Shown one piece after another: positions 35,986 through 46,300 of a stretch of 52,477 nt of DNA. Every line of letters begins with the position of its first letter. Position 1 is the first letter of the stretch. Position numbers and translations under genes: made by a program. This DNA is from a virus (taxonomy: Duplodnaviria > Caudoviricetes): IMG/VR virus record IMGVR_UViG_3300031774_000023, positions 1 to 52,477 of that record. One strand, 5' to 3'. The notes beneath the pieces were generated by a model, which was not told the origin of the DNA, did no database searches, and saw only the letters and a list, made by a program, of their open reading frames with translations.

Positions 35986-36235
35986 CGCTTTCGCTAATTT
36001 CGAAAGAGTTGCTGATAACCTTGGATTAGACAGAAAAGAAGTTTTACTTGTCTATTTATTGAAACATGTAGATGGCGTATGTTCTTATGTAAAAGGACAT
36101 AAAAGTCAGAGAGAAGATGTTAGAGGTCGAATAATAGACATACATGTATACCTTGATTTGTTATGGGGTATGATAGACCAAGATGAAAAGCAAAGCAGAA
36201 ATGTAAACTACTTAAAAGAGATACAAAATGATTAA
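35885..36235 (+). CDS. Nucleotide-modification-associated domain 1 (Nmad1/DUF1599)-like protein
   Basis: KEYA...NAFANFE...LLKHVD...EDVRGRIIDIHVYL. Start reassigned to 35885 behind AAGGAG. Confidence 0.6.
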   Translation: MTQKQMEKLQNQIFKKIQMMRAAGQKEYARKTNNAFANFERVADNLGLDRKEVLLVYLLKHVDGVCSYVKGHKSQREDVRGRIIDIHVYLDLLWGMIDQDEKQSRNVNYLKEIQND

Positions 36236-36416
36236 ATGCGAAAAATGTGGCGAATTAATAGGCCATAGTGCTCCTATTTATAAAGCATCGAGAGGGTTTT
36301 TAGGTGAAGATGGTAATTTTCATGAAGATGAATCAGTTGTTATTCATATGGAATGTTATTATGATTTTACTTATGACCCTTTTAGTGCTATAGAAAATAA
36401 CATAAAGAATAATTAG
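36228..36416 (+). CDS. Small Zn-finger protein
   Basis: CEKC...HMEC. Confidence 0.6.
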   Translation: MIKCEKCGELIGHSAPIYKASRGFLGEDGNFHEDESVVIHMECYYDFTYDPFSAIENNIKNN

Positions 36417-37300
36417 CCACCATTTATAAATTTCATAAGGCTAAATAATCCGTTTGAAGTAGGATGTCCAAATTTATTTGTCTCACGTATTAAGTGTCTT
36501 ATTAAACCATCATGGTATTTAGTAATTTCCATTAAATTTTGAGGATTAGCAGAACCTTGTCCTATTGTTCCTAAATATCTAGCTCCAAAATCATTAGTAA
36601 AACCAGGTTTAGGTGATAACCTAGCATCAAAAGTTCCTCTTTCCATAACTCCTCTTCTATAAGAATAGTCACCACCTAGAGCTTTATCTATGGTATGAGT
36701 AGATTTACTAGGACGGGTCCTTTTTCCTGTATTAAATATTCTTAATCCAGCTGGAGTTTTATAAACTCTAAATAAAGATTTTTTATCCAATCTTGCATAA
36801 TCAATTAGATTTTTTATAGCCTCTTTTTGAGAATCGAAAGTTATCTGAGCTTTGCTATGTCTTAAAGCATTTGGCAAATCTATATCAATCATAGGTGTTC
36901 TTTTTAAACTTAAAAAATAGGCATTAGATGCTTTATCATATGAAGGACTATATAAAAATCCTTTTCTAAATCCAACATTTTTAGTAATAGGTTTAAATTG
37001 TTCTAGACTTCCGCTTCTCATATTCTTAATTAAAGTCATTTTATCAGACTTACCAGGTATTCTTAAAGCCTCAGGAAGAAAACGAAGATTTGGTTCTTTC
37101 TTTAAAATTTTAAAAGCTGTATCTGTAGTAGTATTCATATTCCTAATAATACTCGGAGAGGCATAACTACGTATTTTATCCTTAGCAGGATTAATATTTA
37201 AATCTTTTAGTAATTTTAAACCTAATTTTTTAGTATTATTACTTCTAATAGCTTGTCTAGCTATTATATAATACATCCCTCTTAATACTGTAGGTATCAC
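36413..37300 (-). CDS. Basic protein with an AEP-like C-terminal domain
   Basis: MIDID, YKTPAGLRIF and FDARLSPKPG motifs; ATGA-coupled to the giant RNAP gene. Confidence 0.55.
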   Translation of the reverse strand: MIPTVLRGMYYIIARQAIRSNNTKKLGLKLLKDLNINPAKDKIRSYASPSIIRNMNTTTDTAFKILKKEPNLRFLPEALRIPGKSDKMTLIKNMRSGSLEQFKPITKNVGFRKGFLYSPSYDKASNAYFLSLKRTPMIDIDLPNALRHSKAQITFDSQKEAIKNLIDYARLDKKSLFRVYKTPAGLRIFNTGKRTRPSKSTHTIDKALGGDYSYRRGVMERGTFDARLSPKPGFTNDFGARYLGTIGQGSANPQNLMEITKYHDGLIRHLIRETNKFGHPTSNGLFSLMKFINGG

Positions 37301-40300
37301 AATATTTTACCTAAATTAGTTCCTGGGGAAGGAGATGTGTATGAATCACCTTCTCTCATCCTTTTTGACTCTTTAGAAAATCCAGTCAAAGGGACACCAA
37401 ATACTTTTTCAGGTATTCTCATGGGGTTTGCAATTATCGATGTTTCAGGATGACCTACATCACGAAGCATTCTTCCAAATGGAAACATAGTCCATACATA
37501 ATAATCAGCTAATTTAGTATAATCATCTTCAGCAAATTCTCTTATAACAGATATAGGGAACCTAGCTAAAGGAGGAGTAATCATTTGAAGAGGAGCTATT
37601 GATGAAGGATAAGTCCCAAAGAATGCTCTATCTCTTTCTGTCTCATCACCAAAAATCCATTCTGCTGTATCTTGTAGCCAATTATAAGGAGCAGGAACTG
37701 TTTGTCCAAATAGAGAATACATAAATACAGAGCCTAAGGCCATTATAAACATATCGGCTTGCATAGTTCTTTCAAACTTTCTCATAGCTTCAGTCCCTGG
37801 TTTAAAACCATATAATTGAGCTTGTTTTCTAACATCATTTCTAAATCTAACTGCATTCCAACTCCATAATTGAAATCTAGAAAACATTTTACCAAGAGCT
37901 GTAGCAGCAAAAGCTGGTCTTTCAGCAGAATTATATAAGAACTGAGTAGCTTTAACTCCTTTTTTAGCAAGTTCAATTAATATAGGATTATCTATATTCT
38001 TTATAGAACCACCTAATCTTTCCCAAGCTTTAATATAGTGAGCCATAAAAGCATCTCTTCTCAAAATCCTTTCAGGGACAGACATAAACAAAGCCGCTTT
38101 ATTCATTATAGCTTTAGATACTCCATATTTATTTGCCAAAGCAACCATATCTATTTTACTTATTTCTTTTAAACCTGTAGATTTGTTTGCCAAATCAGTA
38201 ACAAATGCTTTAGCCCTAGAACCTCTAAAATCTTTATCTAATCCAAACTGATGTAATGTAGCCTCTGGAACAACTCCATGAGATTCAACAAACTCCATAA
38301 CTTTGTCCCAACTAGTCCACTCAGGATTTATTCTCTGTAATTCTTTTAAATTTCTAGCTTTCCTAAGAGGCTCATAGCCTACAGATTGAAATGTGTGCAT
38401 AGTTCCACCAAATATATTATTAATAGGTGTTTTAGGATGTGTCATTAATGTAGCTAACTCAAATTTAGCTTCTAGATTACTCCATCTCTGAGCATCCCAA
38501 GCTGTTTTGCCTAAGTAAGATTCGACTGATTCAATATCCTCTTTTGACATATTTTCAAAATCTATCTTACCCTTTTTCATTTTTAATGCTTTAGGTATTT
38601 TAGCAGATAATCCCATTTTCTTCATAGATGTATTTATAAAATTAGCAAATCTATTATCAGCCCACCAACCATAAGGAGAAGCATCAAGTTTTAATGATTT
38701 GTCATTATACATCTTATCACTTATTATAGTAGGCATACCCATAGCTCTTTTAGCATATAGACTCCAAAAATTCAACCAACCTTTAACTAATTCTTGGCCT
38801 TCAGCTCTCTCTTTATCATTACCTTTTACCCACTTTTTAGTCATATGCTCTCGCATTTGATGTAATGTATATCTTGATGTCATATTTGCCAACTGTCTAA
38901 ATGCTGTTCTTGATAAATTTCTTATATATAAATGCGCATTCTCAACTCCAACTGAGTAACCACCAGTATGATGTTCACGCTTATTCATGCTATTGAATGT
39001 TTCATTTACATTCTCTAGTAAAAATGAATTATTCTCTTTTAATTTTTTCCCTTTTGCCAAATCAAGAAGAGTATCTCCGAATAAATCTGTATCCATTTTA
39101 TCCATCATTTCATAATCAGCTATATCCCAATCGCCATTTCTGGTTCTATATTTAAGAAATATCTTCTTTTGTCTTTCTTGATATTCTTCTTGAGATATAC
39201 TTTTTTTAGATTTTTTTAATTCAGATAATTCAAAGTCCATAGATTCTTTATGCTTTTTATTGCTAAGGAAATAATGAGGAAACCATCCCTTCCTATAATC
39301 AGTGCTAAATATCTCTAGATTTGCATATCTTTCAGCCCTTTCTGAACGACCAGGTTTATAGTATCCTTTTTGTTTAAAAGATAATTTCCAATAATCATCT
39401 ACACTAATCTTAGTACCTTTACCCCATCCATGAGTTTTAATATACTCTGTAGCAGGTAGTAAATCAATCATCATAGACCTATTGATATGCCTCATTCCAT
39501 CTATACCTACTTTTAAACTACTTAAAATATGTTGATTATCTCCTCTTTCATAGGCTTTTTCTAATCTTCTTAAGAATAGCTTCCAATCATATTTAGGTTT
39601 GCTAGGATTAGGTTTATGACCATCATACCATCCTTCTTGATATTCATCTAAAGCGCCCTCTTCTCCTCTAGTAAGTCTGTATGTCTCATTTGCAAATTCT
39701 TTCCATCTTTTAACAGCTTTTTTCAGAAGTTGATGACCAGTGAACTCTTCTCTTTCTTTTCCAGAACCAATAATATATTTCTTAACTTTAAGAGCAGGCC
39801 AATTATGCTTTTCAACAGAGTCTTTCCATTGTTTTTCATATATAGGTGATTCTGATTTATTTTGTAGTTCGTGGTATCTCATTGCCAAATTCCATATAGC
39901 TTCACCATCAGGGACTTGGTCTAAAAATGATATTTTATTGTTTAGTTGATTTTGTTTTGTCAAAGAAAATCCATCTTCTATTTCATGCAACCTTCCTATC
40001 ATGTTCCTAATAGTATCACCATAGTAAGTTGGTCTCAAAACATATCCTTCTTTAGCTACACCATCTTTGTCTTGAAAGAAAGCTTTAACCTTTAGCATTT
40101 TTAAGTCTCTTGCCATCATATTCTTATTAACCTGCTCAGGCATACCCATAAAATCCCAACCTGAAACCTTAGCAGAGTTAACTTCATCTATTTGTCTCTC
40201 TATTTGTTTGCGAATAGTTCCTTTCCTATTCATTTCAAACCACGTATTTAATCTCTTAAAATCCTCTATATTCATCTGATTTAAGTTCTTAGTAACTATA

Positions 40301-43300
40301 GGGTTAATATCAGAGTATATACCTGCTACAAGTTGATTTAAATCCATTTTAGAGTAATCAGTTATTTGTTTTAAGTTATGCTCAAGCTCACTTACTATTT
40401 TTCTCTGTTCTGATGTAATCTCTACTTTAAGGTCAGATAGTCCTTCATAACCAGTCATATCAACTGCGTTTTTATTAATACTAAATACATTCTCCTTAGG
40501 GTCAACCTTCTCTAGTTCTTTATTAAACTCTTTTATAGCTTCACTTTTTTCATTAATCTCTGTCATCGTTTTATTAAAATATTTGCCTTTCAATGCAAGA
40601 AATCTCTGGATATTAGAAGGAGATACATTCTCCGATTCGTATGCTAATTGAGTAGTGCTAGTTTTAGAACCATGTTCGTATAATGCATCTTTAACCATTC
40701 TGTTAAACTTATTATCGCCAGTTAATTTGTCAAGTTTAAAAATGCTTTCTATTTTATCATGAACATTTCTATCTCTTAAAGAGCCTATTAACAAATAGTC
40801 AAACACTTTTTTACCAGTAGGGGATAGAGATTCTTTATATTTATTTATAAAAACATCTAATTGCCCCATATCAAGCAGCTTACTTCTTTTTTCATTAGAA
40901 AAGTCTTTTATATTTGTCTCACCTAAAAGAGCTAATTGAAGCTCTCTAGTTCTTTTCATAGCATATCTTTGAGCTGGTGTTAAATCGTCAAACATAGCTC
41001 CTTGAGTTCTTCTTTGAATTTGATTTAATATACTTGTCTGTTTAAATGCTTCAACATTCTTAGATATATCTTTAACTTCGTTATTAGTTATTCTTTTAGA
41101 CCTAACTTCTGGCTCTATTAATTTAAGAGTAACCATATCATGTAAATCATCAGACAGCCTTCTATCAGCTTCTTTTAATGTATAAAGAAGGTAATCTTTC
41201 ATTATTTCCTTAGTTAAATCCTTCTTTTCAACAATATTACCTCTAAAATCTTTATAAACAGGTTCTATTCCATAGCCACCATCTTCTATACTTTTTCTTA
41301 AAACTCTATCTGTAGATAAATAGGCCTTAGAGAAATCCTCAATAACATATGCTTCATGTAACTTTTCTTTAGATGCAAAATAAATTTCTTTTGAAAAAGG
41401 AGTTTTTAAATAGGTTCTGCCAAGTAAAGGTTTTATCCAGTTAAGTTTAGCAGCCTCTTTATTAGTAGATTCGTATAAAGATTTAACTGCTTCTGAATTA
41501 ATTCTATTAAATATACTAAAATTAAGGTCTATATTTTTTAATGTCAAAGCCATCTTAGGTAATGCTGTATCTATAGAATCTGTTTCAAATGTCTCTATTT
41601 CATTCAACTTTTCTATTTTTTCTGCATTAGTCCAACTTCTATCTTTATTCCAATTCTTTCCAAATAAAGCCTCATTGAATCCTTTTATTTTATCATAAGA
41701 GGAAATATCTTTATAAACTTCTTTTTTTTCTTTCTTTGATGCTTTTATACTTTGAATATTTTTAAATTCTGATTTTTTTATATCAACAAATCCCTTTTTA
41801 GTTATTTTCTTAAATCCTGTTTCAAAATAAGAATCTGTAAGTATAGTTCTTAAATCTTTCATATTCTTTAAGCCCGTCATATCCATAGGGTCTGCCCCAA
41901 ATGCAGTCATAGCACTCGATAGTAATCTTTGTCTTGATGAAGGCTCTTTAGCTTTAAGAACTTTTTTTATTATAGTTCCATCACCATAGGATATTACCTC
42001 TAAATCTTCTGTTGCATTAGCCAGTTTTCTTACAGAACTCCAAGCAGCTCTCATGTTTTGAGTCATACTAACTATAGGTGCAAGTAGATTTCTTCCCTCT
42101 ACAGCTTTCTCCCCTGTAAAAAGTCTAACTCCTGGAAAGAACTTAGCATGAGGCATAGTTTTATCTTTACCTTGCATAATATCTATTATTTCAGGAGGTA
42201 TGCCCATTTTTTTTAATTCTTTTTTACCTATTAAAAGCTCATCTTTAAACATCTCTTTAACATTAGCTAACTCAGAGCCTTCTCTAGATTTTTTGATATT
42301 TTTATCAGTAACCTCCTGTATATGTTCCTTGATTTTCTTTTGTATTTCTTTTAATGCCCCATCTCTAGTAAACCATTTTTGATTAGGCATTTTTTTCAAA
42401 TGAGGATTCCATACAACTTTAATACCTTCAGGACTGCTTTCAAGTTTCTCGCCTTTAATGTGCAATTCTCCTTTTCCAAATTGATAGTCTTTCTTTTTAC
42501 CATCCAAATCTGTTCCTAATTCTCCTGAATTTATACTTTCATTATGCTCTTTTTCAGTATGCTTTATAAACCTTCTATATGCTCTATCTATTCTCCTAGT
42601 TTCTTTAGCGCCTTCTATAGTTGATAAATACTTTCCTCTTTCTGCAGGAGTAACAGGTTTTGACTTATCTTTTGGAATAATGTATTCATCTTTTTGAGCT
42701 CTAAACATTTCTTTAAAGCTATTTTTCATACCAAATCCCTCACCTGTTTCAGCTTTTCCTCCAAAATAGACAAATGATTCATCTCCATCTAAATCAGCTC
42801 CACCTTCAGCTCTTAAAACTCTACCATGTTGCAATATACCATGGTCTTTAACGCCTGTAAAACCTCTAAAATGAAGTACTTGAGCTCCTGACATAGAATC
42901 CTGAGGAACTCTTACACTTATAGCCTCAAATACATCTTCTACCATTTTCTTCTTAGAAACATCATTATCAAAAAGCTTATTTTTATATGCATCCCATAGC
43001 TCACCTAAAGTAGTTTTTTTATAATTATCTATTTCTGTTTTAATAATAGTATCTCTATATAAGTCACCTAAATAAAATAATTCATCAGCATTTTTACCCC
43101 ATGTTTTTTGAGCTTTTTTATCTGAATTTAATTCAGGAAACAACTTCTGCATATAAACATCATAAGGTCTCATTCTAGCCATTAAAGCGTTATCTGCTTT
43201 AGGGTTTAAAACTTTATCGGCTACATAGCCATCTAAAGCTTTTTGTATGTAATTCTTAGTATATTTGTCATAAAACAGTGGATATAGACTTTCTTTAGAT

Positions 43301-46300
43301 GCAGCCATATTTTTTATAAGCTTATCAGCAACTCCTGTAAAACTAACTACTCCTCTTATTTCATTAGATAGGTCGTTTCCAGATAATTCTGATGCAGCTG
43401 ATAATGTTCCTATAGCATGTTTATTAGTTCTAAGTATTTTTAATAAGAACTCTTGAGCTAAAGCTTCTTCTCCAGGTTCTCTTAAGATTCTAAACACCTC
43501 TTCTACTCCTATATTTTCAAAATTGTCAAGAACATCATTAAATAGCTTTTTCTTTTGTTTAGCATCGGTTTCTTGGCTATATTTGTAAAGCAATTCATTA
43601 GACCTAGCTTTGCCATCAAAGGACTTTTGAGAAAGCTCATTATACCAATCATTAATAACTTCTTGATTTATTTTTGTAAAAGCATCTCTATGCGGAAGAG
43701 ATAATAACTGCTTAGGTATTGTAGTACCTATGTATTTACCACTTTCATTAACTCCAAGCATAGCAGGGTCTTGGAAAACAGAATGATTATATCTAAAGGA
43801 TTCAGGTGTTATTTCTACTATATTTTTTGCATCTCCTCTTAAATTAAGTTGATTTCCTTCTAAGTCATAAGAACCTTTTTCACCACCTATATCTCCTCTT
43901 TGTTTAATAGCACTTTTCATAATAAGAAAATTAACACCATCTGAATCTTTATATTCTTTCATCATTTTAGACATCTCAGGATGAGCTTTATGAATCATAT
44001 ATTTACCAAGCATAGTTCCATTATTAGGGTCTCTTAATATTAAGAATGATTTATTTTGCCCAGAAAAAGGATGCCCTGCATCTTTATTTATAATATCTAC
44101 ACTCTCTTCTGTCGCTATTATAGCTCCATCAAAGCTTTCTTCTATTTCTATATTGTTAGCTTTTAATATATTCTTAACTTTTTCAGGGTCATCTATTAAA
44201 CTGCCTTTAAAATTATCATTTTTATTAAGTTTTAATTCTGAACCACCATATTTTTTAATAAAGTTTCTATCACCTCTCCAACCATTAGTCATCCAAATTT
44301 GGCTTCTTTTATTAAAGCCTGTAGCATTTTTAATATACCCATCAGACATAACAGCTTTAGGGTCTCCTATTGGTTTTCCATTTAAAGACAAATCATATGC
44401 AATATTTGATTTAACCATGTCTTTCCATTCGTTAAAAGAAAGTTCTCCTAAAAATGATTTGTCTAATTTATACTCTTTCTCTGATAAATTAATCTTAACT
44501 TTCTTAAACTCTGGATGATATTTGACAAACATAATTCTATCTTTATCTCCATATCCTGAAAACGGATGCATACCATATTGAGATTTCATTTTCTTTATAG
44601 CTTTAGCTATTAAACTTCTTTTTTTACTAATAGCTTCTTTTAAACTAGTACCATTAAAAACTTCATTCATTACATATCGTCCGAGCTCTACATCTACACC
44701 ACCTTTATTAATAGTATCTAATATAGAATAAACACCTTCTTCAGGCATTTTAAAGTTTTTATCTATTTTTTGCATATCTTCAGCAAAAATAATTTCAATA
44801 TCTTTAATAGGCTCTATCATTAACTTCTTAAGACCAGCTATACTATAAGGACTATTCTTATCAGCTATACTAACAGTATCTCCATTATAGTTAATAATCC
44901 TTACTGGAACTCCTTGTTGTTGAACAGTTGCCCATTTTCTCATCTCTCTTCTCATATGGTCACCCAATTTCAACCCTATTTCTTGCTCAACAGCATCAGC
45001 CCATTGTTCTGATTTATTTTCTAAGTTTAATTTGTTCCACTTTGAAGACTCTTCTAAACCTAAAATATCATTTGCCAACTCAGATGCTTTTTTAGAAAAA
45101 TCCATTATTTTTAGATTCATTTCAGTATTATTTTCTACTTGGTCTCTTATTTCTTTTTGAAGGTATCTATGGAATATATATTGCATCTTATTATCCATTG
45201 GAGTAACAACTCTTTCTCCAGTATCAGGCATTTCTGAAGCTTCTTTATCAGAATTCTCCTTATCCTCCATTTTTTTTATATAATCATCTTTAAAGCCCTT
45301 TTTATCATACTCAGTAAATAGCTCTTTTATAACATTACTATCTTCCTTTGAAACTTTAAATCCAGTTTTTAATGGCTCTCCTAAAACAGCGTATCTAAGC
45401 GGTAATTTGGGGGTTTTATTTACAGTCTGAAAATAACCTTTGTTTTGGTTGTATTTAAACCAAGTATTAGCGCCTTTCTTACCTTCTATAGAAGTATCTG
45501 AAATAAATATAGGTTTGTTTAATTGTTTAGCCATTTCAACAGCATATTTTTGAAATCCTTCGGGTCCTTTTAAATTTGGACTAATTTTACTTCCAATAAC
45601 AAAAACTGCATCAGAATGCTTTATCTTTTGATAATCTCTTTTTATAGAATCTAAAGCTGTTCTTTGAAAATTTGCAACATTAGTATTGAATGTTTTAGAT
45701 AGAATATCAATAATAGGATTTGCTTCTGACAAAACCTCTGTATTAGGAAATACCTGCATTGTTGATTTTTGTTTGCCAAAACTTAACTTCTGTCCAGGTG
45801 CTATTAATTGAACGGTAGATATACCTCTTTTATGAGCTTCCTTTGTAAACTCAGAAGCTATACCTTCTTCTCCTCCTGTTATAATATGTATTAAAGAAGG
45901 GTCTTTCTTAGGGTCTAAAGCCTTTGCTTTCTTCTTACTACCTGCCCCTGTTATAGCTTTTTTAACTATATTAGTCTTAACATCTTCGTAGTTCTTAAAT
46001 ATAACATCTTCTACTTTTTTATTAGAAGGAATATCAGATACTTTTTTACCCATACCTTCATATAGTGCATAAGCCGCTTGTGTTATTTGTTCAGGAGTAC
46101 CACCAGCAGCTCCAATACCTATCCTTTTTAATTCATTTTGAACTTCTGGTTCAAGAGATTTCCATTCTAAATCAGGAGTAGCCTCTGGGTCTTTAGTTTG
46201 TCTTAATTTAGGATTATCTTTAAATTTAGGCTGGACTTTTTCTGTCCATATTTTTCTAGCTTTTTGAGTAGTCCAAGGTTTTTCAGAGCCTCCGAAATAA

